A DNA stretch of 64,000 bases from Tubulanus polymorphus. Its lineage: Eukaryota > Animalia > Nemertea. The notes below the pieces were generated by a model that was not told where the DNA came from, did not search any database, and was given only the letters and a program-made list of their open reading frames with translations. Positions 47,326 to 60,126 of the stretch are shown here, piece after piece. Both the position numbers and the translations under genes were made by a program. Position 1 is the stretch's first letter. Every line of letters starts with the position of its first letter. Location of the stretch: the NCBI RefSeq assembly GCF_964204645.1, contig NC_134034.1, forward strand, positions 7,042,914-7,106,913. Direction: 5' to 3'.

Positions 47326-50160
47326 TGTCAATACCTTTTCTCCAGAAAGAAGTGACTAGCAGTACGACTCGGTGTTGACATTAAAGTAGTTTATTCTCAA
47401 AAGTGACTCTCTCTACCCTTTACATATCAATATATATAGTGAAATATCACATGATGTGTACTGAGCATGACGAACAGATGTAATGCAGTTTAATACAGTT
47501 TGATACAGTTGAACATAGTTGAATACATGTTACTGCTGAACAAGTTACTGCTCTAGTGAGCAGTATTCTATAGTTGATATAAATGTATGTATAGCCATTC
47601 CAATATACTCCCGCCCGGCGTAAGCGTGATTAAAGTACACATATACATTTGAAAGAGTTATCAATATATACGTTTTTAAACTACTATCCCATATACATTA
47701 GTACAAAATTTGAAAATACACATTATTCATTAATACAAATTGTCGGATTGCTCCGCCGCCGCGATGGCCGTGATCTTCTCCTCTGCTGCAACGGCAGCAG
47801 CTCTTTTTGGTTGCACATTCGCCTCTCCCGCTGTTTTTGTAGCCGAATATTTCGATACGGATGCAAAATCGGTTGACGCATAAACTTCGAGAGGGTACAG
47901 TTTCGGCAACGCTCTATTTGTGTGACCTCTCGCAGTTTTAACGAAACATTGCGTACTTTTCCGTCCGTTCCACGATGTAATTCCGTAATTACGCCAAGTC
48001 GCCATTTCAATCGTGGCCCATCATCGTGAATTTGAACGACCGAACCTTTTTTCACTAATTCCGTATCAACTCCTTTACATTTCTGATATTCGCGCAAATT
48101 TAACAAGTATTCACCTTTCTAGCGTCTCTTATATTCACTGAGAAGCAAGGAAATATATTTCATCCTACGTGTTAACAATTCGCGAGTGACACAAAAATTC
48201 GGATCATTCAACTCATTATCTCGCACACTAGGTTGAGGTAATCCGGTTATCCGGTGACCGAACATTAACATGAAAGGCGTTAAAGCTTCTAAATCTGTAA
48301 GATCTGAAGTTAGATAGGTCAACGGCCTATCATTTAAATGAGATTCAACTTCAATTAAAAAAGTATTTAACTCGTCATAGGTAAGTAGAGCTCTACCGAG
48401 TACTTTTTTTGTTATATTTTTCACCAACCCAATCAATCGTTCGTAAAAACCCCCTTGCCAAGGGGCCTCTTAGCTATGAATTGTCATTTCACCCTGTTCA
48501 CGGATAGATAGTCCGTTACTTCAACCGAAAACCGTAAACGTTGTTGCGTTATCAGAAACACAAGTCCTCGGCAAACCTCTACGACCTGCAAACCTACGTA
48601 ACGTTAACAAAAAACAATCAGGAGTTAAATCCCGAACTAGCTCTAAATGCACCGCTCTACTGACTGCACATGTAAATAAACAAACATTTAGAGGTTTCGC
48701 CACCAGATCCCTTAATCACAAGTGGACCTAAAATCAATACCAGTATGGTGAAAGACTGGAACTTCTGAAATTCTGATACCAGGTAGTGAAGGACGTAACG
48801 GTAAGAAAAAGGGTCTACCTTGCACACGTTTGCACTTACAGCATGATTTCAGTAGGTCCTTTACTCTTTGACGGATACTCGGTATCCAATATTTACATCG
48901 AATATCGGCAACAGTAGCATTAACGCCTTGATGCATTATTCTGAAATGTGATCGACGAATCACCAAATTGACATACTGGTGATATTTTGGAAGCAGTATT
49001 GGTCGTTTAGCCAAATCGTCCAAATCTGCATTCTCTAACCGACCATTCGAATGAATCAAGCCATCATTACCAAAAAAACAACTGTAAATATTCTATCAAC
49101 CTGTCAACAACCGGAGCTCTAAATGACTGTCATACGACAATCGCGCAAACACCAGAGGATATTCTGATCTTTGAATAGACAATAACCACACTTTCTCTGA
49201 ATTGTTTAGATCATCAGCCGAAATACTGTCAAAGTTCCTATCAGAAACTTTTACCCTACAATTATTTATGAAGTACTAAGGTAGTCATTCTGAACAACTT
49301 AGTTAATGACGAGAAACCATCTGCATCTACTACTTTCGAAATGCCGACAGGTTCACTTTTTTTCGATTGAAACATATTGTACACATGAAGATGTATTTAT
49401 GTGTATAATCGGAATTTGATTTATTCGATCTGCGATGTCAATTGGACCGCACAAACACTGCCCGTCAGAAAATAGGCATTGTGCAGATACGCCTCTAGTC
49501 AATAAATCAGCAGGATTTCTATCACCATTACAAAATTGCCACTTATCAAAGTCACAAATAGATTTTATAGCACGAATTCTATTGGCAACAAATTCTGACA
49601 ATTTTTTATCACTTCTCAGCCAACTCAACACAATCTGACTATCCGAATAATATTGCGTTTCGATTACAGGATACGATTGTTTTAATTCATCACAAATATA
49701 TTGCCCTAATTTAGCGCCTAACATCGCGGCCATGAGTTCTAAGCGTGGAATTGTGACCTGTTTCAACGGGGCTACCCGGCCACGACTCAATATGAATTGA
49801 ATCTCACCCCCTTGATCAAGATAAGCTACAGCGCCATAAACTGACCGGCATCGACCGGCATCGACAAAAACATGTACCGGTAAATTGGTATCGAATCCAT
49901 ACCATCTTGGAACGTGCATATTTCTGATCGCATTATTCAGATCTGAAACTATTCTTTGCCACTGTAGACCAAATTTTTCTGGTACTGGTGTATCCCAATC
50001 ATATGATTCTCTCCACAATGTTTGAGTTAATATTTTCCCCCTTATCGAAATTGGTAATATAAGACCAAACGGATCATAAATCTTGGCTAAATTTTGAACA
50101 ATAGTCCGTTTCGTAGTACCAGAGAATTCGTCTAATATAACCTTTTCTTTGAAGGTGATG
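47326..50160 (-). mobile_element. Decayed BEL/Pao 3' half: RNase H and integrase fragments, PPT, 3' LTR (~47326-47605)
   Basis: RVAPLKQVTIPRLELMAA, YSDSQIVL, NPADLLTRG, HLELV, SDNATTF, LYPLEV..KRAAAVAAEEKI; PPT CGGGCGGGAG; LTR ends TGACA; many frameshifts. Confidence 0.9.
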
Positions 50161-50248
50161 ATACTAATTGTAAAAGTAGGCTTTCAGACCAGAGGGCGAG
50201 AGGGCGAGACACCTCTCATCATCACAAGTAATTTTTTCCCTAACAAAA

Positions 50249-50490
50249 ATGGGAGATAGAAAAGTATTCTTAGCAACAATAAATAACAGAATAAAACCAG
50301 CAAAAAACAATTTGAAATAAAAAACTTAGCCGATGTTACAAAAGAAATTGAACATAAAATATTGAAATTAGAAAAGATAAAAACTAAATATGGAGATAAA
50401 GTATCAGCAAATTTAAGTTATTGTAGTGTTAGTACAACGCGAGAATTTAAAGTATTTTTACCTGATAAATGGGTTTCATTATATATCTAG
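50249..50490 (+). pseudogene. Small Polinton protein, possibly OB-fold/SSB-like
   Basis: MGDRKVFLATINNRIKPAK/..KILKLEKIKTKYGDKVSANL..FKVFLPDKW; 5' part repeated at 46530. Confidence 0.4.
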
Positions 50491-50929
50491 AATATCTAGA
50501 ATCCGAAATGACTTATCTGGACAATTTAATTGCTCCGCGTAGATAGACCCAAAAGTAGTGAGATGGTGCCGTACGGCACCCACATGGTGATATTCAATTA
50601 ATCAAAAAAAATTATTTTTTTGCTTTTTTTCTAAAATGTTAATCAATTTTTTTTATTGTGAATTTTGGAATTTCAGAAGTATTTTCATTTTTAATAGCAA
50701 TTGTTTCAGAATTATTAATATCATAAATTCTATTTGATTTCTTATACCAACTACACCCAATCAAAATGAATACAATTACAAATCCAGTTGTAAATATAGA
50801 TATTCATCAAATATTCTATTATTAGAAGGAGAAGAAATAACAATATTTTCACCATTTTTACTAACATTTTTATTACTTATTTTTTCTTTTTTATATTCTT
50901 GTGATTTAATTCCTAATTCCCGAGACCAT

Positions 50930-51530
50930 TCAATTTGTTTCTATGATCTCGGTTTTTCCTTTACAGTTAATTCTTTCACCTCTCGCACTTCGCTCATTTA
51001 TTATAGAAAAGTTTTTACTTTCAATATTTGAAAATGTTATAACTCCAGTTGATGATAATGTCATAAATCCACCTAATTGAAATGATAAATACCCAATCCA
51101 TTTATTTAATTCAGTCATAACTAAATAATCATTTTTTAAATCGGAATATAATCTAATTTCATCTTCAATTGGTAGCATATATTTACATAATTTACTATTA
51201 CCTTTTACTACATTTTCTGATATCGCATCATTAATTCTAGCTATTCTCGCAGTTTCGTAAATCTTAAATAATTTAATAATTTGATCTGGTTTCATTGTAT
51301 CTAATTTATTATAAGATAAATTTTTACCAATAAAAGTTTTACATTTCCCAGATGCTATTTATATTTCTAATTGATGTTTGCAATAGAGATAATATTCATA
51401 ATTATTTGTTGTAACATCATTCAAAACACCATCATCTGGAGTTAATTTTGTTTCTGTTATTCCTAAATAATCTAAAGTTTTTTCAATTGGAACATCACCA
51501 TTTTTAGATTTTATTTTCTTTTCACCTCCT
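50930..51530 (-). pseudogene. Conserved hypothetical Polinton protein
   Basis: Homologous to 9285-9750. Confidence 0.65.
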
Positions 51531-51759
51531 ATTTATATAACAAACAAATTAGTTGTGTTGTTGCAACTAGAATTCAACTAGAATTCAACTAGAATGTAAC
51601 TAAACATATGCTAGATTAACAAGCTAGTTGAAATATTGTTGTTTTTATTTATTTTTTGTTGAATTTTATTTGATTTTTTTGTTTCAACTACCAATAACTA
51701 GATTTCAACTAGAATGTAACTAAAAATATACTAGATTAACAAGCTAGTTGAGTTTAAAT

Positions 51760-52358
51760 GAATTAACATTTAAATGGGTGTTGTAATCGAAGTAATTTTT
51801 ATCTTTTGTTATTTTTCAATTTATCCATATATTCATTATGTAAATCATGTGGAATAATATCATTTTCCTCAAGTGCATTTTTCATCGATTTCCTATCTTT
51901 ATTGTAGAATAAAACTAAAAATCTAATGTTTTCTCTAAATCTTTAACAATTGAATTATATTTTTGATTTAAACCCATGTTGTTATCCCAAAATGTTTCCC
52001 AGATAAAGCTAGATAGCATAACTCACCGTTCTCTCACTTTTGAATCATGTAAATTTGCACAATCATCTATGATAAATAATGTATTTGATCCTTTATAAAT
52101 ATCAATTGCTATTTTAATACAATTATCTAAATTTTCTTTAACTGTTTTAGGATCTAATACAATAAATTTATTATTTCTAGTAATATTTATATCATAAGTT
52201 TGATTAAATTCATATGTCGGACAAAATAATACCATATAATCAAAATAGTTTTTATAAACAGTTTCTAATAAATTTAATATAAAATAAGTTTTTCCACAAT
52301 TTGTTACGCCAGAAATTAACATATTATTAGGCTCAAATATAAATAATTCCTTATTCAT
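51760..52358 (-). pseudogene. A32/FtsK-HerA-type DNA packaging ATPase
   Basis: Walker A ISGVTNCGKT, Walker B FIIDD, downstream SGKHFGI..NQKYNSI in shifted frames. Confidence 0.85.
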
Positions 52359-53340
52359 TTATATATTTTTAATTTTACTTGATAATATCCATTCATTAAA
52401 TTTATCTGGCCATCCAACCCCTTTACTAAAGAATATTTTTTTCTATTAACAGTTTTTGTTTTTAGTACCTTTTCAATTTTATAATCTTGTTCTACATTTT
52501 CAGTAGTTAAACTTAGTTCTTCTTCATAAAAATACCCATCAACTTCTTCACCATCTAAATCTTCTAATTTATAGACGTATGGTTTTGTTGTTATTACTTT
52601 TTTTATTTTATATATTTCTCTCGTAAAATTACGATCGTATCCTTTGTCAAATATCTTTTTATACTTAGAAATTCTAACATTTTGACCAACTTAAATTTAG
52701 GTTCACCAAAATCATCTACAATAAATGCTCCATATAAATTATTCCAAACAATTTCAGCATTTTCAGGTTTTCTAGCATCAATAGGTTTCATTCCAATAGA
52801 AGAATGATAAGAATTATTATAACCTTCTATCAATTTTGGTAAAACATCAATCCATTTGAAAGTACTATTAGCTGTAAAATATTTCCACATTCTTGTTCTT
52901 AATGTTCTATTAAATCGTTCAACAACTGCTGCTTTTTATCCGATTTTGTTGAAAAATATTTAATATTATGATTATCTAAGAGTTCATGAACAAGTGAATT
53001 ATCAAATTCTTTTCCATCATCAAATTATTTATTTTTCTGGTTTTAGTTTATCATCCGAAAGAAATTTTCTTAAAACATTTGATGTTTGTACAGCATCTTT
53101 TCTATAAAGTGGGAAACTCCATACATAACGACTAAAAATACCAATCATATTCAGTATCCACCAATAATCATCATTATCTTTCTTAATATTTTTCATATCA
53201 ATTAAATCTCCTTGCCACTGTTGATCTACATAACTTACCATAGTTTTACGAGTTTTATATTTTCTAATAATTTTTTATGTGTTGTATATGTTGGCTGTTC
53301 TAACATAAAATCAGTTATATCTTTATATTTAACTAACTTT
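52359..53340 (-). pseudogene. Retroviral-type (rve) integrase with C-terminal chromodomain
   Basis: QWQGDLIDM, DDGKEF, AVVERFNRTLRTRMWKYFT, YNNSYHSSIGMKP, YKIEKVL..GWPDKFNEWI; frameshifted, N-terminus deleted. Confidence 0.9.
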
Positions 53341-53347
53341 TGTGGGA

Positions 53348-54362
53348 TTATTTATTGAGTCCTTTTTTCTTTTTCATGAATAATTGTATCCCATCTTTAG
53401 TATTCTGCAGCTTTTTTCCAGAACCATGTAAGGAATTATCCTCTGTTGTTCTAAAATCTAACCATAATGCATTTTTATTGCCGGTATAGTAATCAATTTG
53501 ATTAATATTATAATTTTCAGATGATTTTACTTTTTCATTCATAAAATGTTTTCTAATTTCTGGCCACTGATCTATCATTCTCATTCCTTGGCAAAATACT
53601 TATTTGCTATTCCTTCAATTGCTATTTCTACTTTTGATATTTCAGGATTATAATAATCATCAACATTTATTGCGCCATTATGCTAGCAATATTTTCATCA
53701 GTTACTGTATCATATTCTAAACGTATATTCGATAATTTAAAACCCATATCTTTACCAACGCTAGATAATACAATTTCATTAACAGGAGCAAATGTTATTT
53801 CGAATATAATATCTTCTTGAATTGCATATTTATATAAAGGTGCATTATTATTTATCAATTCAAAATCTAATGGAATTTTATGTTTGCTTCCATAAATCTT
53901 TTTGATCAAATTATCTGCGGTACGAGTTACTATTGCGTCATTAGCTCCTGATCTTAATTTATTTTGGTTTTCTGATTGGATGCCTTGAAATATCATATTA
54001 TTTCTATTTTCTTTAGTTAACCATAAATCTTTATAATGCATAAATAAATTATAATCATCTAATGAGAAAACTGTTTCTAGTCCAATCTTTATAGTTAATT
54101 TTTTAATCAAATATCTTCCAACATTATCGACAACATAATTATTATCATTACCAGTTACATTTATATCAGCTGATAAATAAATACTATTTGGAACATAAAA
54201 AGTATTTGATTTAATCTCGGGATTCTAACATATAAAGTTTCATCAGGATTATTAATAATTAATATTAGAAGGATTATGAGTAATTATATGATGAGATCTT
54301 TCTGCTTCAATAGCATTAGATATTCTTGAATTCTTAGACGGATTAATATAACTCCCACTCAT
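53348..54362 (-). pseudogene. Probable major capsid protein
   Basis: MSGSYINP..HIITHNPSNI..NVGRYLIKKLTIKIG..YKDLWLT..LSNIRLEYDTV..LWLDFRTTEDNSLHGSG; family recognised from memory and from position; internal deletions. Confidence 0.65.
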
Positions 54363-54382
54363 TTATTTAACAAAAAAATTAA

Positions 54383-55820
54383 TTATCTATTTTTTATCCT
54401 ATTCACTAACCCAAAAATAATAGCACTTACAACTGTAATTAAAAATGAAATAATATGTTCAGCAGCAAAGTTAAGAATATTTCCTGCAGATTTTAATATA
54501 AAACCAACAATTGATGCAATAATTCCAGGTAAAGCTGCAGCAGATTTTTTAGATAGTTCCCATAAATATTTTGCTAATATTTTTAAACCACCCTTAACTT
54601 TATCTTGTATAGAATTATTTGGTGGTTTATCCGGTTTATTGGGTGTAGGTGTAGATTTTAAGGAATTTGATATACCTAAACCAATTGTTGTAAATAACAT
54701 AGTTACAGCTATTAGAATTGAAAGAATTGTTATACCTTCTAATTTAAATAATAATTTTATTTTATCTTTCAATGATATTTTAGAATTTGGTTTTAACAAG
54801 AAGTTTTTAAAAATAACTTTTAATCTATTAATATTATAATCATATGGTTTTAATGATAATTTAATTTCTTCTTTCTGAATTCTATGTTATAATCTCAATC
54901 ATCTTTTTCTTTTTCTAAATATGCATTTCTTTTTTTAAATTCAATTTCTTCAATAACTTTATTTTCTCTATCTAATTTTAGTTGTTCTATTTCTTTAATT
55001 TTATCAGTTTTATCTTTTTCTAAAGTTCTAATTTTAAAATCTCTTATACTTTAATCATGCGCAAATTTATCAGCTTCATTTCTTATACTAATAATTTCTC
55101 TAATTGCTTTATCAGAAAATATATTTAAATCTTCTAATTGTTGATCTGTTGCATCAAGTAATCCATTTGGTAAAAGTTTTTCAATTGGAACTTTATTTGA
55201 TTTAAGTTTACTAGTTTTGGAAGTTATATTCTGTTCAGAAGTTGTTTGTGTTTCTAAATTATTATTAATTGTTTCAAATAATTCATTAATTCTTTCTTTA
55301 AATACTCTTTTATTTTGATTTATTTCTCCTTGTGTAACATTTTCTATTTCATTACTATTACTTATTCTTTTAATTCTAGATGATTCTAAATTATTCAAAG
55401 TTGATTCTGCTAATATTTAGTTTTGATTATAAGTGATATCAATATAATAATCATCTTTCACATGATAATAATATTCAGCATCTAAAGATTTTAATTCTGT
55501 TACTAAAAGTCTGGCGCCTCTGGCATTTATATTATACCCAGATCTTTCAAATATAGGTTTGAAATTATAAATATATTCATAACATTCTAAATTTTGCTTT
55601 ACTAAATCCGGATTTTCATTTTCAGGATTTATTCTCGATTTAGTTCTTCTATCAAATTCATCTGTTGATAGTCATTTAGAACCACTATCTGCTAAATTAG
55701 AATTATATGCTGATCCATCATCATTATCAATATTAGTTTCTGCATCATTATAATCATCATCAATATACCGATCATTATTATTTCCCATGTCTTCCATTTC
55801 ATAATCTTCTCCACCTTCTG
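54383..55820 (-). pseudogene. Large coiled-coil protein with C-terminal hydrophobic helices (putative virion membrane protein)
   Basis: ORF pieces 55051-55398 and 54383-54799 (EGITILSILIAV..AAALPGIIASIVGFIL). Confidence 0.55.
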
Positions 55821-55840
55821 CAATTTAAATTATACAAAAA

Positions 55841-57085
55841 TTAAATTTTTAAATATAATATTCCTCCTATTACAATTCCTATACAAGTTATAGCTAATTT
55901 AGTATTTTCATGGGATTTATTATCATTATTACTTTTAATTATGTCATGTTGAATATTATCAGTTTTTATATCACCGTGTGGGTGCCCTACGGCACCATTT
56001 TCTGTAGTATTGTAATCTTTTATTTTAGAATCATTATCCAATTTAATATTCTTAGTTTTAGTTTCGGTTGATTGAATATGTTTTTTAATGTTTTCACCTT
56101 CAATTAATTTTGGAGCAGTAATAATCTTTTTATTTATATCATTCAATCCAAATGAATTATTTATTGTTGCAGTCTTACTTAGATTATTATAACCAATTAT
56201 ATTTCCCATTTTTAAAACTAAATCATTAGAAATAATTAATAGATTAGGGCCTATACAATAATTTAATCTAATATGTGATTTATCTAAATAATTTTGATAT
56301 CTTACAATGTTTTCTCGAATCGATCTATTTTTATCATTATGAATGGAATCTTCAAATAAAACTTTGAATTGTTTCTGTGTATCAAATGAAGTATTATCAT
56401 TTCCAATTATTGGGGGTATTGTTTCAACTTTAGCGCCTAGAAAACATATCAAATAAGTTCTAATTGATTGATTTATTCTTTGTATACCTGATTTTGTAAA
56501 ACCTTCACTATTTTCTAAAATAAAATTAATCCAACCATTATTATTATCAATTTTATAATTATGATAAGCTCCAATTCTATGCATATAATCAATTCTTTTT
56601 ATTTCATACTGTTCACCAATACCTTGCAATTTACCATGCGCTCTAAAATCGGAATTAATATTTATATTAAATTCATTACATATTTTATAAAACTTAGATA
56701 GATTAATATTATTATCCATTTCTTTAAAATATTTAGATCCGGGCAAAGGACATTCTAATTCATTTAATATTATTCTGATTTGAAAATACGTGTGAAATCT
56801 AAATATTGTGTGAATTAATTTTAAATCAGTTTTCATCTAAGTTATTTAAATGATTATTCCAGATTATACCACAGCCAGTTGTTGCACAATAAACAGCAAA
56901 ATTTAATTGATTCTGCCAATATTTAATATAAGATTTTACATAATATATATGATATCGAGTACAAGTAACTTCATATCTATTAAATATATTTTCCATTTTA
57001 GAAATAAAAAACTATGTTTCAGTAACATAAATTTCTTAATTAGTTAATGAATTTAAAACTAAATTTTTATATGTAATGTTTTTAT
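55841..57085 (-). pseudogene. Conserved hypothetical Polinton protein (WQNQLNFAVYCATTGCG motif, C-terminal TM anchor)
   Basis: 331-aa ORF plus a frameshifted upstream part. Confidence 0.6.
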
Positions 57086-57091
57086 TAAAAT

Positions 57092-57337
57092 CTATTGCGT
57101 TAGCTTCGTCGACTGATTGAAAATCTCTATGTGTAATTTTCTGATTATATAATTCTTTATTGATGTAATCCATATAGTTTTGCCTCTTTTCTCTATATTC
57201 TTCTGCTGCTTTATTTTTTTTAACGATAAGTTGTGTCTTTTTTGTTCTGATAATGAACCATTTTTATCAATATGTTTAAATAAATAACCACCACCTGTAA
57301 TTGCCGATCCTATAATAGTTATTATTGCAGATGCCAT
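57092..57337 (-). pseudogene. Truncated duplicate of the small MASA..GGGYLF protein
   Basis: Paralog of 57986-58411. Confidence 0.65.
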
Positions 57338-57533
57338 TTATTTTACAAAAAAGTTATGCATTTATATAGGAGGAATATATTTTTGTTTTTCCAAATAATC
57401 AATAGTTAAATTAGATAAAGTAGCTGCTAACGTTAATTTTAAAATGTAATATATTGCAGGAATATTATATCTAATTGATTTATTATATTGGAAAGCTTTT
57501 GGAAAATTATCTACCATTTATATAATTAAAAAA

Positions 57534-57970
57534 TTAATAATTTATTAATTCTTTTAATAATTTATCCTGTTCTTCAACTGTTATATTACCATTTAAACTT
57601 ATTATATAATCTAGTGTATTTTTTTATTTATTAATTTCTTTTATATTAGTTTTAATTTTTTCTTAATTACTTTTTATATTTGTAGTTTTGAACTTGTACC
57701 AGTTAAAACACTTGATGATAATCCTAGCACCCCAATTGATATAGCTAAAGGTGTTAATGGACTGAATATTGCTAGAAATGTTATTACAAAACTTATTGTA
57801 ACTAAACCACTGATAATAAAATAATATATAATTTTAGATTTTAAATATCTTTTCTTTTTTATCATTACGTCACTTTCAAATTCTAATATTTGTTTTTCTA
57901 AATATGTTTTTAATTTAGTTTTATTTATATCATGAGGAATAATATCAATATTATCAACTTTATCATCCAT
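57534..57970 (-). pseudogene. Small two-TM protein
   Basis: IIYYFIISGLVTISFVITFLAIF / LAISIGVLGLSSSVLTG. Confidence 0.55.
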
Positions 57971-57985
57971 TTATTTAGAAAAAAA

Positions 57986-58411
57986 TTAATAATTAGTAAA
58001 ACTATACGCTACAAATATAACAATAACTGTTCCACCTAAAATCCATATAATATCATATTTCTGTTGTTCTTTACTTGGGGTATAATAATCTGATAATTTA
58101 GGTTTGTATAGATGTAATTTTTCTTTATTGGTTACCGCGTTATATAAACTCATTGCATCATCAACTGATTGAAAATCTCGATGTGAAATCTTCTGATCAT
58201 ATAATTCTTTGTTGATATAATCTATATAGTTTTGTCTCTTTTCTCTTTATTCTTCTACTGCTTTATTGTATTTCTCTAATGCTAAGTTATGTCTTTTCTG
58301 TTCTGATAATGATCCATTTTTATCAATATGCTTGAATAAATAACCACCACCAGTAAATGCTAAAGCGTTAACAATTGCCGATCCTATAATAGTTATAGTT
58401 GCAGAAGCCAT
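57986..58411 (-). pseudogene. Small Polinton protein with hydrophobic N- and C-termini (one internal stop)
   Basis: MASATITIIGSAIVNALAFTGGGYLFKHIDK..RHNLALEKYNKA..KPKLSDYYTPS..IIWILGGTVIVIFVAY. Confidence 0.7.
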
Positions 58412-58426
58412 TTATTTAACAAAAAA

Positions 58427-58651
58427 TTATGCATTTATATAGGAGGACTATATTTTTGTTTTTCCAAATAATCAATAGTTAGATTAGATAAAGTAACTGC
58501 TAATGTTAATTTTAAAATAGCATTTATATCAAATCTATCAACATTAACACTTCCCATTTTAAATACTTTTTTTAATTGAATAACCAACAGTTCCAACTGA
58601 TAATAATGCTCCATTATATAATCCAGTTATTATCCACTTATAATCACTCAT
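58427..58651 (-). pseudogene. Small hydrophobic Polinton protein
   Basis: MSDYKWIITGLYNGALLSVGTVGYS..LTLAVTLSNLTIDYLENK; 3' half duplicated at ~57355-57445. Confidence 0.55.
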
Positions 58652-58654
58652 TTA

Positions 58655-59008
58655 TTAATAACAAAAATTACTATCTTCAAAATATTTATTTATCTTAGTT
58701 ATAATTATTTCAACATTTATAGTATTATTAGTTTCATTTTCATATATTACAGTTATTATTCTTTTGATATCATCAATGATAAAATCTTCATCTAATTCAT
58801 AAAATCTTAATGACGCTCTAATTAAATTGGCAATCTTTTCTACACTAAAAGTTTCTTCATCTATTGTTTTTTCATACTCAAATGTTGTTTCATTAGAAAA
58901 TGCAATATTTTTAATATGTGTAATTACATCAGTAATGTTAAATTTCATTTCTTTCTCATGTTTAAAATCAAATCCAAAACATATACTCGGTCCTACTGTT
59001 ATATTCAT
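58655..59008 (-). CDS. Hypothetical 117-aa protein
   Basis: Intact ORF preceded by the element's gene-start motif. Confidence 0.55.
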   Translation of the reverse strand: MNITVGPSICFGFDFKHEKEMKFNITDVITHIKNIAFSNETTFEYEKTIDEETFSVEKIANLIRASLRFYELDEDFIIDDIKRIITVIYENETNNTINVEIIITKINKYFEDSNFCY

Positions 59009-59026
59009 ATTTATATAGTGAAAAAA

Positions 59027-59773
59027 TTACTCTTTCCATTTTATAATTAATTCATAAATTACAGGAAAATTATTTAAATCAATTAAATATCCATTATGAT
59101 TTCTAACTTCTAATCTAAAATTATTAAAATGAGGAATTCATGGTTTGAAATCACATTCTGTTAAATTATAATTTATTTGAGTTCCAAATTGTTTAACATT
59201 TTTAGCGGTAAAATATTTAATATACTAGAACTACAAATTGTTTCTTTAGTTGCTTCGAAAGTTTTTGTAGGATCGATTGAATTGCAATAAATATAAAAGT
59301 GTGTAAAAGGTATTATATTTGAGATGCCTTCTGCACTTCCAGTAATTGTAAGCGGTTCAATTCCTAACATTTTAGCCATTGGTTTGTTTACCATAAATTT
59401 ATGTTGTTCATTAGATATCTTTATTCTTATTTTATTAGTACTATCAATTTTATTAAATTTAATTTCAAATACAGAAGTGCCCCTTAATAGAGCTTCTATT
59501 AATTTCCTGCGCTAATGATTCTGAATTATATAATCCTGGTTTTAAAAATAGATGAAACCATTTATCTTTATATCTCATATAAATCATAAACTCTCTATGT
59601 TCAAAAGTTTTATCCGATATATTATAAAAAGAACTACGTAAACTTACATTTACTAATCTTAAATCAACACAATTCTTAAATTCTCTATCTAATTGTACTA
59701 GTAAATTATGTGATTTAGAATTTAACAGTTTTCTAGAATCAACAAATATACTATATTCTTTTAATTCTACCAT
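59027..59773 (-). pseudogene. Probable minor capsid (penton, single jelly-roll) protein
   Basis: IFVDSR..LRLVNVSLRSSFYNIS..KPGLYNSESL..FYIYCNSI..ILNILPL..FRLEVRNHNGYLIDLNNFPVIYELII; frameshifts. Confidence 0.65.
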
Positions 59774-59843
59774 AATTTATAACATAAAAAAATTACCTTC
59801 AACTCCAAAAAGTCAGTTTTCTGAACTCATAAATTTTAGCAAA

Positions 59844-60126
59844 ACCACCCGACCTGGCTCGCAGAGTTTTTCAGGGATAAGCATCCCTTTATTGAGAGGC
59901 GCCACGAGATACTTATCCCTTAGCATTTCTACTTACAAACCTGCAACCCACGCCTCACCAATTCTCCTTCAATGGTTGACAGGAAACACATTATATTTAA
60001 GGCGCCTAATGCATTTCCTATCAACCCCTTACCCCCGAAGGGAGGATCGAAAGTCGAAACTGAAGAACCACGGAGGGTGGACAAAGGTGCATGTTCGAAA
60101 TGCCCCTGCAAGCCAGGCCCGGCGGC
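59844..60126 (-). ncRNA. Putative structured RNA (~283 nt) with two GGCGCC loops and a cUUCGg tetraloop
   Basis: 23-bp closing helix plus 20-bp and 15-bp hairpins, 10 G-U and no A-C pairs on the minus strand; GC-rich island in AT-rich viral DNA. Confidence 0.6.

Noticed and set aside
59844-60126. Group I/II intron, hammerhead or tRNA identity for the structured regions (also 1646-2255)
   Set aside because: I could not find P7/S elements, domain V, a CUGANGA/GAAA core or a cloverleaf; the short overlapping ORFs are also unconvincing.
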